Shown one piece after another: positions 1 to 8,827 of a DNA stretch of 64,000 bases. Every line of letters begins with the position of its first letter. The stretch's first letter is position 1. Origin of the DNA: Frankiaceae bacterium (GTDB lineage Bacteria > Actinomycetota > Actinomycetes > BP-191); NCBI GenBank assembly GCA_035536815.1, contig DATLNJ010000082.1:20435-84434 (forward strand), given 5' to 3'. A model generated the notes under the pieces. It did no database searches. It was not told where the DNA came from and saw nothing but the letters and a program-made list of their open reading frames with translations. The translations under genes and the position numbers were made by a program.

Positions 1-2
1 AG

Positions 3-3000
3 CTGGTCGACGGCCTCGTCCGGTCGACGACCGACGCGGACGGCGTCGCCAGGACGTTTGACTACGACGCCACGCGCAACCTCGTGGCCGTGACCGACGC
101 GCTCGGCCACGTCACCCGCTACACCTACGACGCGGCGGGCAACCGGACGGGCGAGACGACGCCGCTCGGGCACACGACGCGCTCCCGGTACGACGCACGC
201 CGCCGCCTGGTCGGCACGACGGATGCCGCGGGCGCCGAGCGTACGTACGCGTGGTCGCCTGGGGGGCGCAAGCGCTCGACCACCGACGAGAGCGGCGCCG
301 TCACGTCGGCGACGTACGACGACGCGGGCCGGATCGCGAGCGAGACGGACCCGGCCGGCGTGACGACGACATTCGGCTACGACCTCGCGGGCAACCTGGT
401 GCGCGTCGAGCGGCCAGGGGGCGCCGCGGAGACGCGTACGTACGACGCGCTCGGCCGGATGTTGACGCTGACCGACGAGACCGGCGGCGTGACGACCTTC
501 GCGTACGACTCGGACGGCACCGCCGTCACCGTCACCGACCCCACCGGCGGGGTCACCCGCAAGACCGTCGACGAGCGCGGGCGTACCACGTCGCTTACCG
601 ACCCGGTCGGCCGCGAGGAGCAGTACGCCTACGACCGCGCCGACCGCGTCGTCGAGAAGGTCCAGGCCGACGGTGGCCGGGTCGTCTCCGTGTACGACGC
701 CGCAGGGCGGAAGACGTCCGAGACGGCGCCGTCGGGCGCGGTCCGGCGCTGGACGTACACCGCCGCCGGCCGGGTGGCGACGACGGTCGAGGCCGACGGC
801 GGCACCACGGCGTTCGCCTACGACTCCGCCGGGCAGCTCCTCCGCCAGACGGGGGCGTCGGGCGGCGTGACCGCGTTCACCTACGACGCCGACGGGCGGC
901 GCGCGACATCGACCTCCCCGGGCGGACTGGTGACCCGTTTCTCGTACGACGAACGCGCCCTGCTCGTCGCACTCACCGACGCGAACGGCGACGTCGTCCG
1001 CAGCGCGTACGACGTCCGCAGGGCACTCGTGTCCGAGACCGACGGTGCGGGAGGCGTGCGGTCCTACGCGTACGACGCCGCGGGCCGGATGACGAGCGCG
1101 GTCGACGCCAACGGCGGCGTGACGCGCTACGAGTACGACCTGCGGGGCAACCTCGCCCGCCAGGTCTCGCCGACCGGCTCTGCCGACACGTTCGGCTACG
1201 ACCTCGCAGACCGGATGGTGCGCGCCACCGACCCGCTGGGCCGGGTCACAGCTCTGGCCTACGACGCCGCCGGGCGGCTGGCCGGTGTCGACGACCCGAG
1301 CGGCCGCAGCGTGGACAACTCCTACGACGCCGCGGGGCAGCTCGTCTCGCAGGTGTTCGGCGACGGCTCGGCCCGGTCGATCGCGTACGACGCGATGGGA
1401 CGGCGCACTGCAGTGACCGAGGGGTCGGCGACGACGTCGTACACCTACGACGCGGACGGCAGGCTGACGTCGACATCGCACGGGCCTGGGCGCGCGCTGT
1501 CCTACGGCTACGACCTCGACGGCAACCGCACGTCGATGACCTACCCCGACGGGACCGTCGCCCGGTACGGCTACGACGCGGACGACCGGCTGACGAGCCT
1601 GCTCCACACGACGGCGGGCCGGGTCGGGTACGCCTACGACGCGGACGGCCGTCTCGTCCGTGAGGCGCTGCCCGGCAAGAGCAGGACGTACCGATACGAC
1701 GGGACGCGGATGGTGTCGTTCACCGAGGACAACCGCACGACGAGCCTCGGGTACGACGGTGCCGGCCGCATGGTCTCGGAGGTCGGCAACGGTCAGGCCG
1801 TCTCGTACGACTACGACCCGGCGGGGCAGCTCCTCGCGGTCGTCGAGGGCGCGCGCGGGGGCGGCAGCGACGTGCACTACACGTACGACGCGGCGGGCAA
1901 CCGGCGCACGGAGCGTCGCGGCACGCACGAGCTGACCTACCAGTACGACGCGGCGAATGAGCTGCTCGCCGTCGTTGACGGACACGGCGAAGGCACCTTC
2001 TACGCCTACGACGCGGCGGGTCGGCGGACGTCGGCGCGGAGCGCGTCGGCCACGCTCGACTGGAGCTACGACGCGCAGGGCCGCATCTCCGAGGTAGCCA
2101 CCACCCGCGACCGTGCCACCTCCACGGAGGGCAGGCGCTACGACGCCGACGGCTCGCTCGGGGCGGTGCGCTTCACGAAGGCGGACGGGTCCGTGTCGTC
2201 CGAGAACGCCCTGCTGTGGGACTCGGCCCGTACCGTCCCGCAGGTCGCGGTGCTGCGTTCCGGTGCGGTCAGCACCGACGTAGTCCACGGCCACGGCCGC
2301 GCCATGGCGGTCGAGGGCACGCGCGTGACGGTGTTCGACACCGACGCGCACGGCTCGACGGTGAAGCGCGACGGCACCGGCCCGCTTGCGCGGGCCAACG
2401 GCTACGACGCATGGGGCGAGCCGACCGACGCGGCCGTGAAGGACGGGCCCGCGTTCGGCTACCGCGGCGAGCTGCACCTCGGCTCCAACGTGCACTTGCG
2501 GGCGAGGGACTACGACCCGGCGGTCGGCGCGTTCATCAGCCCGGACCCGCTCGGCGGTACGCCGGGTGGCCCGGCGTCCACGACGCCGTACCCGTACGCG
2601 GCCAACGACCCGCTGGGCAAGATCGACCCGCTCGGCCTGACCCCGACCTCGGACGAGGGCTTCTGGGCGGACGGGTTCCTATGGGACTCGGCACGGTCGT
2701 ACGCCGACTACGCGGCGACCGTGGTGTGGCACGAGGGTGTCGTTCGCGAGATGTACCTGAAGGCCGACCTCAGCGTGGGCATGGCGGCCCAGGAGATGCT
2801 CGAGGCGGGCAAGTCGGAGAGCGAGGTCGCCCGGTGGGCCGCCGAGGCTCGCAACGAGGCGCGGCGGGCGGCTCGCGCGCACAGCGAGCCGATCGTCTAC
2901 GAACTGGCCCGCAGGCAGCGCGGCGCGTGGGACATGCCCTCGTACGAGATGCTGCGCTCCGGCGACATCGCCAGCGGCCGGCTGCCGAAGAGCGACATCC

Positions 3001-3410
3001 AGATCATCGAAAGCGCGAGCCGAGGCAACCCGACCGCCACGAAGTGGGCGGGGCGGCTGCGCGTCGCCGGGCGAATCACGATCGCCCTCGACATCGGGAT
3101 CGGGCTGTGGAACGTCGCGTCGGCGCCCGAGGTGGACAGGCCGCGGGTCATGGTCGAGGAGCTGAGCCGGCTCGGCGGCGCCATCGCAGGCGGCTGGGGT
3201 GGTGCCAAGCTCGGCGCACTCGGCGCGGGCGCAGCGTGCTCGTTCATCCCCGGTGTCGGCACGGTCACGTGCGGGGCGGTCGGTGGCATCATCGGTGGGA
3301 TCGGCGGCGCGATCTTCGGTGGCTGGGCCGGGGGGAAGGCCGCGGAGTGGGTCATCGACGAGTACTTCCCACCGGAGGACACCCGGGTGGAAGGCGGCTT
3401 CACGTACTGA
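3..3410 (+). CDS. RHS/YD-repeat polymorphic toxin, 5'-truncated by the window edge, with a non-repeat C-terminal toxin domain
   Basis: The frame is open from nt 3 (LVDGLVRSTTDADGVARTFDYDATRN continues the repeat), so the GTG at 84 is not the start. There are dozens of YD repeats (YDAAGR, YxYDxxG). The RHS core-end motif PYAANDPLGKIDPLGL ends at nt 2638. It is followed by a ~256-aa non-repeat tail. Confidence 0.9.
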   Translation: MVDGLVRSTTDADGVARTFDYDATRNLVAVTDALGHVTRYTYDAAGNRTGETTPLGHTTRSRYDARRRLVGTTDAAGAERTYAWSPGGRKRSTTDESGAVTSATYDDAGRIASETDPAGVTTTFGYDLAGNLVRVERPGGAAETRTYDALGRMLTLTDETGGVTTFAYDSDGTAVTVTDPTGGVTRKTVDERGRTTSLTDPVGREEQYAYDRADRVVEKVQADGGRVVSVYDAAGRKTSETAPSGAVRRWTYTAAGRVATTVEADGGTTAFAYDSAGQLLRQTGASGGVTAFTYDADGRRATSTSPGGLVTRFSYDERALLVALTDANGDVVRSAYDVRRALVSETDGAGGVRSYAYDAAGRMTSAVDANGGVTRYEYDLRGNLARQVSPTGSADTFGYDLADRMVRATDPLGRVTALAYDAAGRLAGVDDPSGRSVDNSYDAAGQLVSQVFGDGSARSIAYDAMGRRTAVTEGSATTSYTYDADGRLTSTSHGPGRALSYGYDLDGNRTSMTYPDGTVARYGYDADDRLTSLLHTTAGRVGYAYDADGRLVREALPGKSRTYRYDGTRMVSFTEDNRTTSLGYDGAGRMVSEVGNGQAVSYDYDPAGQLLAVVEGARGGGSDVHYTYDAAGNRRTERRGTHELTYQYDAANELLAVVDGHGEGTFYAYDAAGRRTSARSASATLDWSYDAQGRISEVATTRDRATSTEGRRYDADGSLGAVRFTKADGSVSSENALLWDSARTVPQVAVLRSGAVSTDVVHGHGRAMAVEGTRVTVFDTDAHGSTVKRDGTGPLARANGYDAWGEPTDAAVKDGPAFGYRGELHLGSNVHLRARDYDPAVGAFISPDPLGGTPGGPASTTPYPYAANDPLGKIDPLGLTPTSDEGFWADGFLWDSARSYADYAATVVWHEGVVREMYLKADLSVGMAAQEMLEAGKSESEVARWAAEARNEARRAARAHSEPIVYELARRQRGAWDMPSYEMLRSGDIASGRLPKSDIQIIESASRGNPTATKWAGRLRVAGRITIALDIGIGLWNVASAPEVDRPRVMVEELSRLGGAIAGGWGGAKLGALGAGAACSFIPGVGTVTCGAVGGIIGGIGGAIFGGWAGGKAAEWVIDEYFPPEDTRVEGGFTY

Positions 3411-3419
3411 GGACGGCGC

Positions 3420-4412
3420 ATGCCCCAGGTGTACGGGCTGATCCGGTCCGGCGGCGGTGACCTCGTGGTCACCGCCGCCGGACCGGACGGCATGCTGACC
3501 CCGATCTGGTCCACCCCGGCCGAGCCCGGTGCCGTTGCAGTGCCGGGGTCGCCCGACGGGCCCGCCCTCCACGGTGGGCACGTGCTGTCCCTGCGGCTTC
3601 CCGGCCCGCGCTTCGTGCAGTGGCACGACGAGGCGGTCACGGTGCCGGGCCCCCCGGCGACCGGCCGGGTTCTCACCGAGCGCGCGACCGCCCACCCGGA
3701 CGGGACGGTCACCGCCATCGAGGGCCTGGGCCTGCGCGCCGGGCCGTCAACTCAGGACATCCTCTGGCACTGGGTTTCCGGGAAGTGGTCGGCGAGCCCG
3801 CTGCCGGCTGGCTTCCGGTGCCGTGACGTGGCGATCGACGGGGAGGACGGATACGCCGCCGGTGACGACCAGCGGGGACCGGCCCTGCTGGCGTTTGGCG
3901 GCGCCGGTGTCCGCGAGATCGATGTAGGCGAGCGGCGAGTGCTCGACCGCGGCGGGGCCAGCATCGCGCTTGTCCGTGCGCTCTCGCCGCACCTCGTAGT
4001 CGTAGGACGGTCGTGGCAGACCGATGACGTCGCAGACAGCGCGGTCCTCGTGCGCAGCGGCGACGTGTGGCGCGGCCACGTCTTCCGCCGTGCGGAGGTG
4101 TTCGGGGTGGTGCGGCACGGCGGCGATGTGCTCGCTGTGGCCTACGGCGGCGACGCCTGGAGGAGCGCCGACAGCGGCCGGACGTGGCGGCCCGCATCGC
4201 TGCGGGACGGGCTCGCGCGCGCGTGGCCAGCACCGTCGGCGCCGTACGTCACCGCGGTCGCCGAGGCGGTCGGCACGCTCGTGATCGTGGCAACCGACGG
4301 CGAGCGCACCGGCATCGCGGTCAACCACGGCCCGTCCTTCACCGTGCACCTCGCGGAGGACGACGCCGTGGTCATCGACGCGGCTGTGATCGACGCGATG
4401 CCGCCTCGCTGA
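3420..4412 (+). CDS. hypothetical protein with a BNR/Asp-box-like motif; positional candidate immunity/accessory protein for the RHS toxin
   Basis: ATG lies 10 nt after the RHS stop on the same strand. It contains SADSGRTW (the SxDxGxTW Asp-box consensus). No TM segments are evident. Codon usage is consistent with coding. Confidence 0.6.
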   Translation: MPQVYGLIRSGGGDLVVTAAGPDGMLTPIWSTPAEPGAVAVPGSPDGPALHGGHVLSLRLPGPRFVQWHDEAVTVPGPPATGRVLTERATAHPDGTVTAIEGLGLRAGPSTQDILWHWVSGKWSASPLPAGFRCRDVAIDGEDGYAAGDDQRGPALLAFGGAGVREIDVGERRVLDRGGASIALVRALSPHLVVVGRSWQTDDVADSAVLVRSGDVWRGHVFRRAEVFGVVRHGGDVLAVAYGGDAWRSADSGRTWRPASLRDGLARAWPAPSAPYVTAVAEAVGTLVIVATDGERTGIAVNHGPSFTVHLAEDDAVVIDAAVIDAMPPR

Positions 4413-4646
4413 GCCAGCAGGCTCCCGCGCGCTGGACAGCGGGCGACACCCAGCAGCGCGCACTGCTATGCGCTGCTTCATTCCGCATCCCTCGTACGGC
4501 TTGCCGGACGTTGATCTAGCAGTCTTGCGCTCACATTGGGCTCACATGTGAGCGCGGACGGCCCCGGATCGGGCCGGACGAGCCAAGACCGGATGTCGCA
4601 AAACCGCAGGTCAGGCGGGGTGTCGCCTACTGCCCCGTACTGTCTC

Positions 4647-4719
4647 GGATGGCTGTCAGAGCCCTGCTAATGCGGTTTGGGGTAACCCCCCATCCCGGGT
4701 TCAAATCCCGGAGCCTCCG
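4647..4719 (+). other. tRNA/tmRNA-like 3' relic (perfect T-arm plus acceptor 3' strand); not a foldable tRNA
   Basis: T-arm CCGGG-TTCAAAT-CCCGG (4695-4711) is followed by AGCCTCC. The 5' partner GGAtGGCT pairs only with a 1-nt bulge. No D-arm or anticodon arm can be drawn and there is no CCA. The relic is bracketed by a 14-bp inverted repeat AAACCGCAGGTCAG / CTGACCTGCGGTTT (4601-4614 / 4722-4735). Confidence 0.3.
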
Positions 4720-5061
4720 CTCTGACCTGCGGTTTCGCGGCGGTCATGCCGCGCGCGTACGCAGGATCTCCGGCTCCAGGACCGCGTGCGGTCACTCGCG
4801 GTCCACGCGCACGAAGGTCCGGCGTCTCGTCAGGGACTCGACCGTGTCCTGCTGTGACCAGTCGAGGTGCCCGGCGCGCCCTGCGGCGGGAGCCGCGCGG
4901 GCATCGGTCATGCGACGACTGTGCAGCAGATCCGTTCGTCGCGGAGGCCGGTGGGTGCCTGTCGAGGCGTTCGACCCCTCGCCCTCAGCGCCGACCCCGC
5001 GGGCTCCTGTTCGCGCTGCCTCGCACGGGAGGAAACTCGCCTGGCGTGCCACGATGACGCC

Positions 5062-5232
5062 ATGGTGCGATTCCGCAAGGGCGACCGGGTGCTCATCACC
5101 GAGGGTGCGTTCAAGGGGCAGTGGGCCGTGATCGTCGACAAGGACGTCATCGGCGACGAGCTCACGGTGGCGCTCGGTGAGGACGGCCGGGAAATCCGTA
5201 CCCACGAAGCGCACGTGGAGCCGGCGGACTAG
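5062..5232 (+). CDS. small hypothetical protein with a KOW-like motif (56 aa)
   Basis: Internal ATG of ORF 4867..5232. The sequence MVRFRKGDRVLITEGAFKGQWAVIVDKD resembles a KOW/SH3-like motif. The upstream part of the ORF is Arg/Pro-rich junk. Confidence 0.35.
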   Translation: MVRFRKGDRVLITEGAFKGQWAVIVDKDVIGDELTVALGEDGREIRTHEAHVEPAD

Positions 5233-5542
5233 CCGCTGCCCAGACGGCTTTGGGCGAACTGGAAGCGGAGCTGGCGGCCTTCGAGGAGGCGAGCGCTTAG
5301 TCCGCCGCACACGGCGGCCCGGGCGTCGAAGGCGACCTCGGCATCAGGCGGCCCAATGCGTGGCTCATGCGCGCATGCCGGTTGCCACGCGCTCTCCGGC
5401 CAACCCGCGCGGGATTGCCGCGACAGGGTCAGCGCGCGGCAACGGAAGCGGTATCAGCCGCCTGGTGCGCTCACATCGCTCACATCGTCGTGAGCGCGGC
5501 GGGTGGTGACCCGCCGCTTTCCGGGCGCGTCGTCGGGCACTC

Positions 5543-6172
5543 CTACGCCGCGAGGAGGACGGACTCCAGGGCGTCGCAGGTCCACCGGACGTAACGCTCG
5601 ACCGGCCAGCCGCGCGCCTCGGTGAACGACAGGAAGACCTCGGAGCCGACGAGTGTGAGGAGCACGTCGGTTGCCTCGTCCACGTCGACCCCGTCGCGCA
5701 GCAGGTGGCGCGCAGCCAGGGTCTCCACGTAGGCACGGAAGCCGGCGACGCGCAATGAGTCGTGGTGCGCGACCACGTCGGCCACCTCGGGTTCGGTCCC
5801 CAAGGCTGCCCGGGCGACGCGGTCGAGAGCGGCGGCGCGCGTCTCGATCACCGCGACGTTCGCGACGAACAGCTGCAGTGCGCGCCGTCCGTCCTTCGTG
5901 GACGTGCCCTCCTGCCACCACGCCGTGAGCTCCGGGGGCGTGGGGTCTTCCTCCCCCATCACCGCGTGGTCGATGGCGGCGGTCAGCAGCAGCGGCTTGG
6001 TATGGAAGACGAAGTAGACGGTCTGCACGGCGACTCCGGCGCGCTTCGCGATCGCCGCCATCGTGGTGCCGTGGTAGCCGTTGTCCAAGAACTCCCTCGT
6101 CGCCGCGGCCACGATCGCCCGGCGGGTCCGCGTCGCGCGTTCCCGTCGAGACAAGCCCTTGACGTCCTCCAT
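5543..6172 (-). CDS. TetR/AcrR family transcriptional regulator
   Basis: N-terminal HTH TRRAIVAAATREFLDNGYHGTTMAAIAKRAGVAVQTVYFVFHTK. Start taken at the ATG for MEDVKGLSRRE. It is divergent from the membrane protein gene at 6244. Confidence 0.85.
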   Translation of the reverse strand: MEDVKGLSRRERATRTRRAIVAAATREFLDNGYHGTTMAAIAKRAGVAVQTVYFVFHTKPLLLTAAIDHAVMGEEDPTPPELTAWWQEGTSTKDGRRALQLFVANVAVIETRAAALDRVARAALGTEPEVADVVAHHDSLRVAGFRAYVETLAARHLLRDGVDVDEATDVLLTLVGSEVFLSFTEARGWPVERYVRWTCDALESVLLAA

Positions 6173-6243
6173 GGCGACTGCCAGTCTAGGCGCTAGCACT
6201 AGTGACTATTACTAGTGAATCTCATTAGCCAACGGGAGGCGTC

Positions 6244-6894
6244 ATGTCTTCGGAAGCACGCGCGCGAGCCGGCCTCATCGGTCTGGTGACCGGGATCATC
6301 GGAGCGGGCGCGGCCGTGGTGCTGCTGCTCTGGCCGAGGCAGGTCTCCGACGACCTGGTGAGCTACCCGTTCACCACGGCGGGCTTCTACGTCGCCCAGG
6401 TGGTCTTCTTCGTCCACCACCTGGGCCTGCTCGTCCTGGTGGTCGCCTTCGCGAGGTCGGCGGCGTTCGGAGAGGGGCGGGTGGCCCGCGGGGGCGCCTG
6501 GCTGGCCGTCGCCGGCACCGCGGCCCTGGCCGCCGCCGAGCTGCTCGCCATGCGCTACGCCACCTGGGACTTCACCACGGCGAACGAGGGACTGATGGGA
6601 GCGGCGTACGGGATCGCGTGCAATGCCGTGGGTCTCGGCATGCTCGCCGCTGGGGTCGGCACGCTGCGCCGTCGCGTCTGGTCGGGGTGGTTCAAGTGGA
6701 CCCCGCTCGCCGTCGGCGTGACGCAGTTCGTGGTGCTGACCCCGGGCATGTTCGGCGGGTTCGTGGTCGCGCGGCTCGCCATCGGCACGTGGATGCTCAC
6801 CTTCGCCGCGCTCGGCTGGGGCCTGTACGCCGACGCGCGAGGCACGGCGCCGGCTCGTTCTCAGACCCGCCAGCATGCGGCGGCCGCCCGTTGA
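6244..6894 (+). CDS. integral membrane protein (about 6 TM), unknown function
   Basis: Multiple hydrophobic helices are present (LIGLVTGIIGAGAAVVLLLW, FYVAQVVFFVHHLGLLVLVVAF and others). Divergent pairing with the TetR gene suggests it is the regulated target. Confidence 0.7.
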   Translation: MSSEARARAGLIGLVTGIIGAGAAVVLLLWPRQVSDDLVSYPFTTAGFYVAQVVFFVHHLGLLVLVVAFARSAAFGEGRVARGGAWLAVAGTAALAAAELLAMRYATWDFTTANEGLMGAAYGIACNAVGLGMLAAGVGTLRRRVWSGWFKWTPLAVGVTQFVVLTPGMFGGFVVARLAIGTWMLTFAALGWGLYADARGTAPARSQTRQHAAAAR

Positions 6895-6979
6895 AAGCCC
6901 CCGGGTAGGGCGTCCGGCTCGGCGTGAACCGCTCGGAATCGGTGCGCGTCGCCCGGGTCGTGCCGTGTAGGAATGGGCC

Positions 6980-7645
6980 ATGGCGATCGCGACGTACAAG
7001 GACCTCTGCATCGACGCCGTCGACGCAGAGGCGATGGGGCGCTTCTGGGCAGCCGCCCTGCAGCTCGACCTGCGGGTGGATGACGGCAACGTCTGGCTGG
7101 CGGGGGCGACGCCGCGGCACACCGTGTGGATCAACCCGGTCCCCGAGCCGGTCACGGTCAAGCAGCGCATGCACCTCGACGTCTACGCCGACAGCGTCGA
7201 CGAGCTGGTCGCACTCGGCGCCGTGGTGGTAGACGCAGGCACGTTCCCCTGGACGGTGATGAAGGACCCCGAGGGCGGAGAGTTCTGCGTGTTCCCGACG
7301 AGGGCGGGCCGGCCGGCGGGGCTGAAGGACATCGTCGTGGACACCCCGGACCCGCTACGCATCTGCGCTTGGTGGGCGGGCGTGCTCGACACCGGCCACG
7401 TGGACGACCCCGAGGGGTACTCGTACATCGAGCCGGTGCCGGACGCGCCGTTCTACGGCATCGACTTCGTCCCCGTGCCCGAGCCGAAGACGGTGAAGAA
7501 CCGCATCCACATCGACGTCACCACGCCCGGCGTCCAGCTGCTTCTCGACGCCGGTGCGCGGCTGCTCCGCGCGAAGGACGACGAGATCGGCTGGCACGTC
7601 CTCGCCGACCCCGACGGCAACGAGTTCTGCGCCTTCGCCGGCTGA
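6980..7645 (+). CDS. VOC (glyoxalase/bleomycin-resistance fold) family protein, two tandem domains
   Basis: A module is internally duplicated, ending in MHLDVY...DPEGGEFCVF and IHIDV...DPDGNEFCAF. This is typical of glyoxalase-like domain proteins. Confidence 0.75.
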   Translation: MAIATYKDLCIDAVDAEAMGRFWAAALQLDLRVDDGNVWLAGATPRHTVWINPVPEPVTVKQRMHLDVYADSVDELVALGAVVVDAGTFPWTVMKDPEGGEFCVFPTRAGRPAGLKDIVVDTPDPLRICAWWAGVLDTGHVDDPEGYSYIEPVPDAPFYGIDFVPVPEPKTVKNRIHIDVTTPGVQLLLDAGARLLRAKDDEIGWHVLADPDGNEFCAFAG

Positions 7646-7734
7646 CCGCCGCGCGGCGCGGTGACGAATGCACCACGCCGGCAACGCCCTGCGGACACGT
7701 TGTCGAGAGCACGTCCAGGGGCTGGGGCAGCGCG

Positions 7735-8058
7735 GTGAGTGGCTGGGTACGTCGTGGGCTGGCGGGTCGCGACGGCGGACGTCGCGCTGGCATCTCGGAG
7801 CCGTCCGCGCGGTACGTCGAGATCGCGGGCGTTCTCGTGGACGGCACCGCCGTCGCGGGTGCGGACTACGGACCCGACACGTTCGCGGGGACGATCGTGT
7901 TCGCCGGCGAGACGACGTCGTGGATCGACGTGGCGCTGCTGGACGACGCGGAGGCGGAGGGACCGGAGACGTTCGGCTTCCGGCTCACGCACGTCATCGG
8001 GGCGGTACCCGACCCGGCGCAGCAGGTGGTCGTCGCGACGATCACCGACGACGACTGA
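7735..8058 (+). CDS. small Calx-beta-like domain protein (uncertain)
   Basis: This is the tail of ORF 7126..8058. DGTAVAGADYGPDTFAGTIVFAGETTSWIDVALLDDAEAEGPETFGFRL matches the Calx-beta pattern (A..G.DY....G.l.F..ge....i.v.i.dD...E..E.F). The GTG start at 7735 is a guess. Confidence 0.35.
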   Translation: MSGWVRRGLAGRDGGRRAGISEPSARYVEIAGVLVDGTAVAGADYGPDTFAGTIVFAGETTSWIDVALLDDAEAEGPETFGFRLTHVIGAVPDPAQQVVVATITDDD

Positions 8059-8827
8059 CGGCGAGGTCGCCCGCGCGCGTGACGGCGACGACCTCGCCGC
8101 CGCCGGCGAGCAACGGCGCCAGCACGTCGCGAACCGCCACCCGCCACCGCCGCGCCGCCGCCGGGTCGGTCGCGCGCAACGACTCCACGTCGGCCGGCAG
8201 CCGCACCAGTGCCACGCCGCCGGCGGGCGCCGCGCCCACCACAACCGGCGCGGCATCCACCTCGTCCAGCACCACGACGCCGTCGTCCGGCTGCGGCACC
8301 GGCGTCCCCGACACCGCGGCGACGACGCGCGGCGACGACAGGTGCCACTCCACGAGCAGCCGGTCGCTCGGCTCGCCGGCGTTGAGGCCGTCGCTCATCG
8401 GGCCGTAGAAGTCGACGAGGTACCCGACGCCGACGGCGCCGAGCTTCGCGACGTTGAACCACGCGTTCCTCCGCACCAGCGGGTCGAACGTCCACGTCAC
8501 GACCTCGATCCCGCGGTCGAGCGACCAGCCGCGCTGGTGCAGCTTGAGCGCCCACCCGACGTTGCCGCCGCGGGCATCCGGGAGTACGCCGGTGATGTGC
8601 GAGTGCAGCCGCACCTCGCGACCCGGACCGGACGCGAGCAGCGCGAACGACGCGCCGACCAGCCGCGAGCCGTCGTACGCGCCGGCGACGTAGCACCCGG
8701 CGTGCTCGGCCGCGCGCAGCAGCTCGGCGGTCACCTGGGGGACGGGGTTGCGCCACACCTCCTGGAACAGCGCCTGCGCCGCGCGCAGCTCGTCGAGCGT
8801 GTCCAGCGCGCGGATCGCCACCGTCAC
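8042..8827 (-). CDS. GNAT-family N-acyltransferase (candidate amino-acid N-succinyl/acetyl-transferase)
   Basis: C-terminal part of the merged ORF 8042..9772. The GTG start overlaps the stop of the upstream M20 gene (GTGA, 8824-8827). The acetyltransferase-like core is GASFALLASG...HSHITGVLPDARGGNVGWALKLHQRGW. Confidence 0.7.
   Translation of the reverse strand: MTVAIRALDTLDELRAAQALFQEVWRNPVPQVTAELLRAAEHAGCYVAGAYDGSRLVGASFALLASGPGREVRLHSHITGVLPDARGGNVGWALKLHQRGWSLDRGIEVVTWTFDPLVRRNAWFNVAKLGAVGVGYLVDFYGPMSDGLNAGEPSDRLLVEWHLSSPRVVAAVSGTPVPQPDDGVVVLDEVDAAPVVVGAAPAGGVALVRLPADVESLRATDPAAARRWRVAVRDVLAPLLAGGGEVVAVTRAGDLAVSRRR

Noticed and set aside
251-1663. 470-aa alternative-frame ORF inside the RHS gene, plus other internal ORFs 2216..3460, 2679..3695 and 2897..3718
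   Set aside because: They are Arg/Asp/Gly-rich shadows of the repeat-coding frame. The YD-repeat frame explains the region fully.
84-3410. GTG at 84 as the RHS start codon
   Set aside because: The reading frame is open back to nt 3 and the upstream residues continue the YD-repeat pattern. The gene starts outside the window.
4647-4719. Functional tRNA or the 3' end of an intact tmRNA gene
   Set aside because: Only the T-arm and acceptor 3' strand are convincing. The 5' acceptor needs a bulge and there are no D or anticodon arms. No tmRNA body (tag ORF, pseudoknots) or GGGG-type 5' end is recognisable upstream.
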